In this document: positions 52,556-64,000 of the stretch, piece after piece
Layout: the number at the start of each line of letters is the position of its first letter
Position numbering within the stretch: the stretch's first letter is position 1
DNA from: Octopus vulgaris
Taxonomy: Eukaryota
Assembly: GCA_951406725.2 (NCBI GenBank)
Contig: OX597821.1
Coordinates: 96,534,001-96,598,000, forward strand
Direction: 5' to 3'
Length of the DNA: 64,000 nucleotides
Made by a program: the position numbers and the translations under genes
The notes under the pieces: generated by a model
The model's database searches: none
Told to the model about the DNA's origin: nothing
What the model saw: only the letters and a program-made list of their open reading frames with translations

Positions 52556-52637
52556 CTGTATTTTTCTACGGAAAATTATGGCAAGCCAAAGTATGGAAGA
52601 GATAAAAGAACGAATGGTTCTGGAAGAATCTAACATG
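52444..52637. repeat. Perfect inverted repeat, 79-bp arms around a (TA)n spacer
   Basis: 52444-52522 is the reverse complement of 52559-52637. Confidence 0.95.
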
Positions 52638-53005
52638 GGTAACCAAACGAACGATGAAGTAAAACATTTCGCAGCGGTGACTATAGTCCTTAAGAAAAAC
52701 CTTGAAATAATAAAGTCGGAATACCAAACGTTTTATGGCGTGTTATCCTTGGATGGGGGCGATGTTGGAATCGTCCCCCCAAGCGACATCATGACACATA
52801 CTAAAAATAAGTCAATAATATACAAAACGTACGACGCAGAAAACAAAAAGATCGCTAATGTGACCAAACAAAAAATTGAAAAGTGCCTCGGGCCAGGCTG
52901 GAAGGATGTGGCATATGTTACCTGAGGCAGGAAGTTCGCCACGAGGTTCGGTTTGTAACGGCGGAAAAGCCAGGGAGTACTCTATGCTCACACTAAAAAA
53001 AACCC
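52578..53005 (+). pseudogene. Probable N-terminal fragment of a LINE ORF1 (RRM-like), disrupted
   Basis: Normal-complexity 115-aa ORF; protein-like sequence continues past a TGA (GRKFAT) and after a frameshift (EVRFVTAEKAREYSMLTLK), resembling an RNP1 strand plus helix. Confidence 0.45.
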
Positions 53006-53496
53006 AAAAGAACTACATTAATCTTCTAACTTACATTACTAAATTAGCTCCCGACTTGCATAAGAGAGTAGGCGTTTGCAAGTTGAATAAATTAATAATA
53101 ATTCATTGTTATTAATAATAACTAAATTATTATCATTATTAATAATAACAAATTAAAAGAGGAATGCACTATTGATATATAGTTAATATGTGTATGTGTG
53201 TGTGCAGAAAATAAGCACTGATAATGACAACAATTATGAGGCATTGAAAATAAGATCAAAGCAAAATGAACATAAACAGAGATTTATCACTATTAAACGC
53301 AGCCCATGTAAGTAAAACAAATATGAAAGTCTTCGTTTAGGCGGAATGAAAACAGGGTGATATTCAAGAGTCTGTCAACTGAAATACGAGATCGATACAA
53401 AGGACGATTCTGCAGCATACAACTAACCCTAGAGAACTGAAAACAAGAGTAATGGAGAAATAACGGACTGATAAAAAAGTTATATATATATATATA

Positions 53497-53685
53497 TGGG
53501 GGAGAGTTCACGAAAAAAAAAAAAGACGAAGACAGGTGGTGTATAAAACAAACAGATGTATTAGTATAACGCTCAGGAAATTGAAAATGTCTTTTACGTT
53601 TCGAGCCTACGCTCTTCTACAGAAAGGGACACAGAAAAAAAAACAAGGAGAGAAAAAATGAGTGTAGTGGCTACCGATCTATCAT
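53497..53685 (-). mobile_element. Penelope-like terminal-repeat remnant in (TA)n with hammerhead-like motif (53591-53626)
   Basis: Minus strand cuuu-CUGUAGA-A-GAGC-guag-GCUC-GAAACGU-A-aaag; flanked by TA repeats on both sides. Confidence 0.6.
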
Positions 53686-54272
53686 ATATATATATATATA
53701 TCTGTGTGTGTGTGTGTGTGTGTATGTATATTATATATATATATATTTATGTATGTATGCATTCATGTGTGTGAGAGTGTTTGTGCATGTATGAGTGTAT
53801 GTATATCAAAACGCACTCTTTATTATTCTCTTTTGTATCTGCAAGGAAGACAAAACTTCTCTGTTGAAACTATCGTGCTAAAGGCAGTAAATATTTCATC
53901 TCTAATTTGTCACCTTGAAATGAAGGTAGGGGGGGGGGGAGACGTTGAATGCCTTCAGAAAATAAAACAATGTGAGAAAATGTGTTAGTAATGGCGGCAA
54001 TCAGAAATAGTTTATCTCTCGTCTTCTCGGCTTGCTTTTCCCTGTCACTAACTGACAGCTGTCATGGTTTTTCTTCTCACCCTTTTTCATTTTTTTTTAC
54101 AATTTTCTCATACAGGTAAAGCGGCTTGGTTTTCTGCATGTGTGGGCTGTGCATACATGTGTCCTGTCTATCCGCCTTGATTCCTCCCCCATCTCTCTCT
54201 ATCTCTCTCTCTTTATCTCTGCATCTTTTCTGTTGATATGAATACACACACATAATGTGTGTGTTTCAATCC

Positions 54273-54348
<76 letters not shown>

Positions 54349-55028
54349 CATTTGTGTGCATGTTTATGTACGTGATTGTGATAACGTGTGAGTACGTGCG
54401 AGAGAGCATACGTCCGTGTGTATGTTCGCGCGCGTGCGTTTTGTGTGTGTGTCTGTGTGTCTATGTGTGCCTGTGTTTGCGGAAACGTTTATATGGAAGA
54501 ACAGTTAAGAAGCTCACTTCACAATCAGACCAGGCTTTCCATACCTACGTGTGCCATCTTCAACGAATGTCTTCTCGAGACAAGTGTCGACGCAAGATTT
54601 GAGAGTAAAAGAAAAATGGACACAGAAAAGCTGCATGAAAGGTCACCAGATCGTATCCACCTATTCTTCAAAGGGCCATCATTGTCACACTCTGTATTAC
54701 TCCGATTCATTGAGAATATAAGTGACTACGATATACTTATCTACGTACGCTACAATTGAAGTATAGCCAATCTTTTCTGAAAAGCGGAAACGCCTGAGAT
54801 ATGGCTTATCATTAGAGACCTGCACTCCTAAAATTATTAAAGGTAATTTTTCATTAAAGGTGCTATTCAGAAAGCTTTGCAGGCTGCAGTTTGTTTATGG
54901 TTGCTATAATTCAATAAACTGATACTTTAGCCCATCACACATCCCGAATATGGAAAGTCGAAAGTTGATTATACCACACACACACACACACACACACAGA
55001 GAAACACACACACATATACATATACATG

Positions 55029-55351
55029 TGTAGGCGCAATGGCCCAGTGGTAAGGGCAGCGGACTCGCGGTCGTGGAATCGCGGTTTAGATTCCCAGACT
55101 AGGCGTTGTGAGCGTGTATTGAGCGAAAACACCTAAAGTTCCACGAGACTCCGGCAGAGGGTGGTGGCCAACGCTGGTGTACTTTTTCACCACAACTTTC
55201 ACTCACACTTTCTTCCTGTTTCTGTTGTACCTGTATTTCAGAGAGCCCACCTTGTCACACACTGTGTCACACTGAATCTCCCCGAGAATTACGTTAAATT
55301 CACGAGCAGGCTGCTCAGTTGATCGGATCACCTGGAACCCGCGTCGTCGTC
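55029..55351 (+). mobile_element. SINE family D variant 3 with internal deletion
   Basis: aggcgcaatggcccagtggtaagggcagcggactcgcggtc...gaacccgcgtcgtcgt; lacks the gggtacacg...cacgttaa segment of the full copies. Confidence 0.88.
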
Positions 55352-56241
55352 GTTGCCCCTGACCCTGTTGGGGAAAGCAGTGCTGTGTATAAATTCACCT
55401 GCTTTGTCACCGCTGGAGGACATGAACAGCACAGTTACAAGTTCTCTGCTGGGACGACCATCACCCAATGGTCGCCGACTGTGTAGAGATCCAGCAAGAG
55501 ACTTCCAGTAAAATCCTTTACCTGTCCCTGCCACTTTCATTCTCTCGCCAGAGGATCTTTCGATTTTTTTCAAGTTGAAGCTGTGCGGTATTAATAAATG
55601 TAAGCTGTCAGAAAACCCAACACACCTCAGGTTTTTTCTTAAGATTTTTCCATCTCCAGCTATAAACAAGCTGGAGGGCCTAGTCTACCCTATGAGTTAG
55701 AGTTTGCTGATAGTACAGCCCCGTTAAGGAGACCTTCAGCAACCAAAGACTTGGTTTTGTATCAGTTTCCCGCTTCTAGATGGGATACCTTCACCGAGGT
55801 TAAGGAACCCAGTCTGACCCTAATATATGGAATTAAATACATCAGAAAAGAAAGTATACACACATACACGTATATAGTTGGATGGCCGACTACTCATGAT
55901 GGTCCTCTACACTTTATGACAGGTTTTATTTTTCGTACCGCAGAGTATCCAACAATCACTCTTCACACCAAGCAAGCTTGGTTGGGTTGCTGGTTTAGTC
56001 ACCGACGATCCGACCATGTAACAGATTGAACTGGGTTACATGTTATCAGTAGTGAACAAGAGCAACTAATAGCACTCGAGAGTGACCTGACTTTTTACTC
56101 TCTGAAAAAAAAAAGAAACAAACAAAACAAAAACCGTTATTTTTTCTCTTTTTCTTTAATTCATTACCTAGAGAATTATAGCTTCCAGCTTGCTCACGGT
56201 TCTTTATCCCTCTCATTCGCCATCTCAGTAGATTCTTGCCT

Positions 56242-56630
56242 GTGGGGCGCAATAGCCCAGTGGTTAGGGCAGCGGACTCGCAGTCATAGGATCGCGGTTT
56301 CGATTCCCAGACCGGGCGTTGTGAGTGTTTATTGAGAGAAAACACCTAAAAGCTCCACGAGGCATCGGCAGGGGATGGTGGTGATCCCTGCTGTACTCTT
56401 TCACCACAACTTTCTCTCACTCTTACTTCCTGTTTCTGTTGTACCTGTATTTCAAAGGGGCCGGCCTTGTCACTCTCTGTGTCACGCTGAATCTCCCCGA
56501 GAACTACGTTAAGAGTACACGTGTCTGTGGAGTGCTCAGCCACTTACACGTTAATTTCACGAGCAGGCTGTTCCGTTGATTCGGATCAACCGGAACCCTC
56601 GTCGTCGTAACCGACGGAGTGCTTCCATCC
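56242..56630 (+). mobile_element. SINE family D variant 3, full length
   Basis: A/B-box head; imperfect TSD agattcttgcct (56230-56241) / agattcctgctt (56631-56642). Confidence 0.92.
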
Positions 56631-57242
56631 AGATTCCTGCTTGCTGGTTCGTAAGTCACCGTCTAGATATCTTTATGCTCCTCCGTCCTTCCCCTCGCTT
56701 TCTCTATCTTTCTCCATCTCTGTCGTTGTCTCGTCGGACTTTGAACTTTTCAAATGTAAGCTTGTCCTTTTTCCTTCATTAGACTAATTCTTTTTAACAT
56801 AGCAACGTATTTACTATACACATACATGCCTATATCTTTTGCTGACTAATGTTGTCATCTCTCTGAAAAAGCATGTAATTTTTTGTCTTTTTCTTTTATT
56901 CATTACCTGGAGGAGAACTATCTCTTCCAGCTTGCTCACATTGTTCACGTAATGCCTCCTACCCGCACCCTAACCACCACCTGATCGACCAAACTGCTCG
57001 TGTAAATTGCTTCTTACTGCAAGGATATCTCCTTAGGCATGCCCCTTCAAAAAAGAAATATATATTTATGTGTGTATATATAAATATATTTATTATATGT
57101 GTGTGTGCGTGTGTGTGCGTGTGTGTGTGTGTGTGTGTGAGTAAGATACATGTTCTATAAAAGTTTTATAAAATTTTTATCCATTATATAAAGGTATATG
57201 GTTGTACATATTTTTGTATATATCTGCATATGCATAAATGTG

Positions 57243-57296
<54 letters not shown>

Positions 57297-57413
57297 TAGT
57301 TGAATGAATTATCTTGTTATGGATAATTCGGTTAACCGATACCTGGGTAGCAAATTCACATCAGAGAAGACACGTTTGAAGTTACGTAATTCGTCGTTCA
57401 ACTCCATTCTTTC

Positions 57414-57503
<90 letters not shown>

Positions 57504-57856
57504 ATATATATAAATATATATTTAAAATTTAATAAGAGTAGAAATTAATATTAATCGATTAAAACCAGTGGCCTAGCATATCAAAAAAATCCGAAGATTA
57601 AAATATTTTTACATACAAAATTTAAAGGACTGACCACTAATAGTGGACGGTCTACTTACAAGATATAGACGTCAAATCGCAATTTTCCACAAAGAATATG
57701 TTCTCAAATAAAAATCCACCACGAACCAAAGCATTAAAAATAAGCAAGACAAATGAAAATATACGAAATAAAAATGATTACCTATGTACCGATCAGTTTC
57801 GATTGTTATTATCCATGCATGTGGATACCCGCATATATATATATGTATATAAATAA

Positions 57857-57952
<96 letters not shown>

Positions 57953-57977
57953 GGACATATATATATATATATATATA

Positions 57978-59025
57978 CTAGCAGAGATACCCGGCGTTGC
58001 CCGGTTACATTCAATTGAAGAATTAGACTTTTCTGTTATATTTTCTGAACGAACTGGAATATCTATGTTTCGAATTTCATCAAAATTGCAGATGAGGGTT
58101 ATTTCCCTCTTTACACACCCTAAAAAATTGTAATCGTGCCACAGGGAAACCAAAAGACGAATGATCACAATAAGCAGTCAGTTACCCTACCCTAGTCGTT
58201 ACCACTCCCAATGTAGGATTCCTCACCATCCAGGTGACAGGCACAGCCGTAAGATGCATTACGAATGTATAGCAATTGGAAAGGCGTGACCCAACTGAAA
58301 TCAACATTAACAACTGTGTGACGTGAGGGCTTAGGAGAAATTAAAGTGTCACCTCTGGAATTTGCAAATGACCACTATACTGATACGTAACTGGACAGAA
58401 TGAATTTAAAATCTATAAATGTCTTTGAATAACCAGTCACTCATCTGGGAAGGCCTTGTAATCAATGTTACCATCTGGAGAATACGTGTGACCGAGTGAT
58501 AATAAAAAGACTGAAAGGAGGTCTGCATTCAAATAACTTTACTCAACACTTTGCAACTGAATCAGTGGAGACAAAGATGCCTCTCATTTACTTAACAATT
58601 TATGCATCACATTGCAGAAATCACAATGTAAGTCTATGTCAAAGCAAACTGTTACACTGTTGTACCATTGAATTAGAAATAATGCCCAACTTTTATGCTC
58701 GGGTAACCCTACAGCTTCCAAGAGCACAACTATATTCGTTTTTGCTTTGATAAAATGACAAAATTGTGGGTATTAAGTCCCCATGGAGGAGTCTTTATAA
58801 CTTTGCAAGAAGATGAAATTTTATAAATATTACTTCATTTGTGTCTAATATCTATGGTTAAAATTTCATCAACAGCAAAAATATATGAATTGTCGTGGGG
58901 GTTATGGCCCTTATGCTTAGAATATAATTTCCAAATTTCATAAAGATCCATTCAGTACATTTGACCTAGTTTTGGTTCATAAAAGAAATGACAAAATTTT
59001 GGGAGTTAAGGCTCCCATTAGGGTG

Positions 59026-59112
<87 letters not shown>

Positions 59113-59142
59113 TAATAAATAGATAGATAGATAGATATAGAT

Positions 59143-59173
<31 letters not shown>

Positions 59174-59174
59174 T

Positions 59175-59209
<35 letters not shown>

Positions 59210-59290
59210 TAGATATAGATATATATACACACACACAAAGATAAATTGATAGATACAACTGAGTCGGCAAACAAAATATGAGACACAGCC
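57978..59290 (-). mobile_element. Helitron-like element (3' terminus clear, far boundary uncertain)
   Basis: Minus-strand end ccgggcaacgccgggtatctctgCTAG|t, the same hairpin plus CTAG as at 16564. Confidence 0.55.
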
Positions 59291-59492
59291 TAGTGCTTTT
59301 TTATGTTGATAAGCCTAGTACTTATTCTATTAGTTTGTTCTTGTGAAACCATTAAGTTTTGTGGATGTAAATAAATGAACAGCAGTTGAAGCAGTGATGA
59401 GAGCGAAACACACACACAACGACACACACATACACTTACATATATGCATATATATACGATTGATTTCTTTCAGTTCCTGTCTACGAAATCCA
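59290..59492 (-). mobile_element. SINE family B 3' half, abutting the RTE tail
   Basis: aagcctagtacttattctat...tttctttcagttcctgtctacgaaatcca, then an abrupt switch to the RTE 3' end. Confidence 0.65.
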
Positions 59493-59497
59493 TATAT

Positions 59498-61350
59498 ATT
59501 GTTGTTGGCATCCTTTTTGTCTCGGGAGACAATGGAGTTGCGCATAAATTAATCTAGTCCGGCTTTTACATTTCATGTCCTAATACATCTCCTGCTGTGG
59601 CTGTGTAGTCCTATCCTGGACAAACACTCCCCCTGGCAGGTGCCGCAAATGTAGCGAAGACTTTGCCTGGCTGGTTGTAATGTCATACTTTCTTGTTGAC
59701 GTCTTTTCTTGTCTTTCCATTTCTCCTCTCCCTCTATATCACTCCTTTGTGTTCCCTCTTTTACGGTACGTCGCCAATCTCCACGGTTGCTGGTAACTGC
59801 TTCCCAGTTGGTAATATTGATGTTGCAGGCATTCATGTCCCTTTTGCAAACATCCTTGTATCGTAAGAACGGCCTTCCCACAGACCTAGTGCACCTAGCA
59901 AGCTCTCCGTTGAGTATGTCCTTGGGGATTCTGCCATCTTCCATACGGCTAACATGTCGAAGCCATCTCATATGTCTTTGTGTGAGGAGTGTAAACATGC
60001 TTGGTATTCCTCCTTGCTTGAAGACATCTTTGTTAGGGACATGATTCTGCCATTTGATGCGAAGGATTTTCCGGAGGCAGCGCAGGTGAAAGATATTTAG
60101 GTCACGTATGGCGTAGTATGGCGTGTGTATGGCGTCCAAGATTCACTTCCATACAGTAGAGTGCTAAGTACACATGCCTGGTAAATCTTCATTTTTGTGG
60201 TCTTGGTCAGTTTATTGTTGTCCCGTGCTCGTTTGGAGAGTTGGGCCATCACAGCAGCTGCCTTGCCAATGCGTATATTGAGCTCAGTATCAAGAGATAT
60301 GTTGTAGGTGACGGTAGAGCCAATATAGGTAAACTTCGTCACCTCCTGTGGTCTGTGGTCTCCAATATGTATGTTTGGGATGGTAAATGTAGCCTGACCC
60401 ATGATGTTGGTCTTCTTGAGGCTGATAAATAAGCCACAGTTGCCACATGCTTGCTAATAACAGTTGATGAGCCTTTGTAGGGCTTCTTCTGTGTGTGATA
60501 CCAGAGCGGCATCATCAGCAAATAGCATCTCCTTGATCAGGACGCTTCTGATTTTGGTATTGGCACGCAGACGCGAGAGATTGAACAGTTTCCCATCACT
60601 TCTACTGTGCAGAAACACTCCATCATCTGATGTCGCAAAGGCATGTGGCAGCATCAGCGAGAAGAAGATGCCAAATAATGTAGGAGCAAGGACAAAACCT
60701 TGCTTTACCCCATTTTTCATTTGGAAGGCGGCTGATGTTGAACCATTGGGCTGTATGGTGCCTTGCATATCATTATGGAAAGACTTGATGATCCTCAGCA
60801 GCTTTGGTGGACATCCGATTTTTTGGAGGAAGATGAAGAGGCCTTTTCTACTTACCAAGTCAAAGGCCTTTGTCAGATCAATGAAGGTCATATATAATGG
60901 CATTTTCTGCTCTCTGGACTTCTCCTGAAGTTAGCGTATGGAGAATATCATGTCAATAGTTGATCTGCTTCTTCTAAAGCCACACTACGATTCTAGATAA
61001 ATTCGAGAAGCAAGCAGTTGCAGCCTGGACAGGATAATGCGAGCAGAGGCCTTTCCAACAGTGCTTAGAAGAGATAATTGCTAGAAGAGATAATTGTTAC
61101 AACCACCACGGTCACCTTTGTTTTTGTAAAGCGTAATGATGTTAGCATCCCGCATATCCGGAGGGACTGTACCCTCTTCCCAGCACTGACACAGAAGCTC
61201 ATGAATGTGTCGAAGCAGGATGATGTTTTTGCCGGCTTTGATGATCTCTGAGGGGATGCCGTCTTTTCCCGGAGCCTCGTTTCTTGCTAGGGAGTCAATA
61301 GCCTTGGTGAGCTCTGCTATAGATGGCAGACTGTCAAGTTCTGTGTTGCG
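59498..61350 (-). mobile_element. RTE-clade (RTE-1/BovB-like) LINE, 5'-truncated and frameshifted
   Basis: APGKDGIPSE, DANIITLYKNKGDR, FIDLTKAFD, GCPPK, NGVKQGFVLAPTLF, MLFADDAAL, VLSTLLYGSE, RMEDGRIPK, C-terminal C2H2 CGTC..LHSH; short 3' UTR ending ggatgc(caa)n. Confidence 0.95.
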
Positions 61351-61796
61351 GACTGTAAAGTCTGTGTTGCAGTTGTTTCTATGTTGAAAGACATACAAAA
61401 ACTGATTTACACACAAACAACCACTATTAGATCTGCGCACTTTCCGATTTTCCATTATTATCGGTTGGCAACAGAATGTGTGGATCTAATAGTGGAGATG
61501 TGTGCAATTTGATCAAAAGTAATAAATATTATATTATAATGTAAATAAATTGTTAGATTGTCAATTGTATTTCTCTATTGATATATATATATATATATAT
61601 ATATAATTTCAGCAAAACAATTAAGATTCAAATGAGTTCAAATGAATTCAAATGAATATGGGACTTAACTTAGATGCACCAGAATTCTTTATGGTATTAA
61701 CCATAAAATTATGTGGGGTGATTATAACCAAGAAAAAAGCAACAAGAATGGATCGGTAGATTAGTACAATTGTTTCATACTATAAACATTTTATTT

Positions 61797-64000
61797 CAAC
61801 CCGAACCACCCCCACCCCTCAGTGCCGAGCAATACCCTCCCCTCCCAAACATATCCCAGTGTTCCTCCCCAATCATACTCCCCGCTGTCCTCCCCATCAC
61901 CCCTACAAACCCCCCCACCAAAATTACCGAATTTCAGACAGTTTTTGCCGCAATAAACAAGGAAAACGATAGACTAAAGAGCCAAATGGAAAACATACCA
62001 ACTGCAGAAAAAGTGCAGACCTTTAAAATACTGCCCAAAAATGTGGAAGTATACAAGATGGACATGTTAAATTATAACATCATAAGTGTGCAGTACTCGG
62101 GGGATGTCAGGGGTCCGCGACTCGACCTGCACGAGTCACTTTTTAAGGCGGACTTCCCCCCACGACCAACAGGGATATAAGAACACTTTTAAAAGGTAAG
62201 AAATGTCTCGTATTTGTGTAGGGTGTATAAATGTGCGTGGCCTGATGTCGAACTGGATGCAATGGCGCCTCCTAAATGACATCAGGTCACGAGATTTAGA
62301 TGTTGTTGTTGCCACAGAAACCCGGTTAAAGGGGCCAAGAGATCTGCTCCCGCTGTTCGACGGCTACGAGAGAATTATCTCTCCGAACCCGTCGTCCGGC
62401 GGAAGCGGGGTGTTGGTCCTGTGTAAAAAGAACCGGGTTTCTGAGAAAAAGTTCATTTTTGCAGATCCAGAAGGTAGGCTGGTTGTCGTTGATTTGACGT
62501 TCAGTAGTCGTAAGACAATCAGGCTGGTTGCGATTTACGCACCCAACGAAAACAAAGGGCAAAGTGATTATTTTCGGAACCTCGGTAAGTTTCTGAGTAC
62601 ATCGCACCCTTTAGTAATGTTAGGAGACTTCAACACAGTATGCGATACGCGGGTAGACTGTGAAGGCTCGCGTACAGATAGGAAAGGAAATGTTTGCTTC
62701 CTGGATCTACTAAGACGTTTTGAGCTGGTAGATCCATATAGACTGGAACATCCGAACGTGCCATTGTGGTTATGGTCAAGAGACGGCGGATCTTCCAAGT
62801 CATACTTAGACAGGATATTAATTAGAAAGGTAGATATAAACCTAGCTAAGAGTCCACAGCTCCACATGGTCAGCTACAGTGACCACAAGATGGTCACCTG
62901 TAGGCTAGACATAGATAAGACAAATAGAGGTCCTGGTTACTGGAAACTTAATACGTCCCTCTTGGTGATTAAGGAGTACAGTGACAGGATTAGGTTAATG
63001 ATTCAGAGGGCCATGACCGGATCCATTATTAACAACAAATGGTGGTATGCCCTCAAGCGAGCCATCCGATACGAGTCTATTAGGTATAGTATAGATCTTC
63101 TAGCTAGAAAGGCTAGAAAGGAATCAACACTAGTCAAGGACTTAGAGGAAGCAATGCGAACTGGTACTGAGGCCCAGGTGAAGGTCAAGAGGCTGGTTTT
63201 GAACCAGCACCTCGAAGCCAAGCACATGGGTTGCGTTGTCAGGGCTAGACAACGTGCAATGGGGAGCGAAGGAATCAGTGCCGCGAGATGGGCCCGAGTG
63301 GTGGAAGCCCAACGTGGCAACGATGCCACGATTCGATCTCTGACTAACCAACAGGGTAAGTTGATAGACGAGCCCAAGGAGATGTGTCAAACTCTTCAGG
63401 ACCACTTCGCCCAGCTCTTTGGGGGGAGCGGTGGACCGGATAGGAGGAGGGACCTAACGGACCTCCTCGACTGGCTGCCGCGCCTCTCTCGATCACACCT
63501 GAGGAAGTAATAGAGGCCATGGCTGACTGCGGTGCGGGTAAGGCACCGGGACGGGATGGTCTACCCTACGAGCTTTACAAGAGTATGCCGGACTTGTTCG
63601 GGGACTTACTGGCGAACGTCTACGCGAAGTGGCAACAGAATGGGTTTATTCCCAGATCTGTGCGTCGGGGAGTGGTGACACTAGTCAGGAAGGACAGGAG
63701 CAAGGGGGATGTCATTGATAATTTTAGGCCCATCACTCTGCTTAACGCAGACCTGAAGATTTTGGCCAAAGTGTTATCGAACAGATTGGCGAGTGTCGCG
63801 AATGGACTGATTGGGAAAGCGTAAATCTCCATCTTATTAGATACACGATAGAGAGAATGAATAATGATCCCGGCAAGGGAGGGGAAGTGGTCCATTTAGA
63901 CCAGTCAAAAGCTTTCGATAGGGTCGACCATTACTACCTGGTGTCCGTTCTGGCTCAGTTCGGCCTGGGTCTTGGCTTCCTCAGGTGGATCATAGAAATG
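61797..64000 (+). mobile_element. L1/Tx1-like LINE: ORF1 C-terminal remnant (61797-62180) plus ORF2 APE endonuclease and RT, running off the window
   Basis: ORF2 from 62203: CINVRGL, VATET, AIYAPN, LGDFN, SYLDRIL, SDH, GPGYWKLN; then KAPGRDGLPYELY, NFRPITLLNADLKILAK, LDQSKAFDRVDH. Confidence 0.93.
62203..64000 (+). pseudogene. LINE ORF2 pseudogene; endonuclease domain open for 435 codons, frameshifting lesions near 63490 and 63822
   Basis: Frame switch from LPRLS to ITPEEVIEAMADC near 63490; LIGKA* followed by NLHLIRYTIER near 63822, with the usual intervening motif missing. Confidence 0.88.

Noticed and set aside
58496-58750. Helitron Pif1 helicase fragment
   Set aside because: Only a vague resemblance to helicase motifs, and on the opposite strand to the CTAG terminus

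Overview
AT-rich animal genomic DNA packed with microsatellites and retroposons. The repeat families suggest an octopus-like coleoid cephalopod; this is inference, as no search was run. The only host coding sequence I can support is the first coding exon of a Shaw/Kv3-like voltage-gated K+ channel (T1 domain, minus strand, 6074-6389). The rest of that gene lies beyond the left edge, and a ~7 kb SINE-free zone lies upstream of it. The remainder is mobile DNA: a stack of R4/Dong-like RLE LINEs in (TAA)n tracts, RTE and L1/Tx1-like LINE fossils, a dead mariner, non-autonomous Helitrons, and at least four tRNA-derived SINE families (several with target-site duplications, TSDs). There is also an unnamed (CAA)n-tailed dispersed repeat that has spawned a ~26x82-bp tandem array. 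Short inserts inside (TA)n tracts carry Penelope-type minimal hammerhead-ribozyme-like motifs, and there are two perfect fold-back inverted repeats. Nearly all ORFs in the supplied track are microsatellite artefacts. I found no CRISPR, no Fanzor/TnpB and no convincing novel protein system. The best leads are the ribozyme-like cassettes, the satellite-birth locus and the microsatellite-targeted LINE stack.
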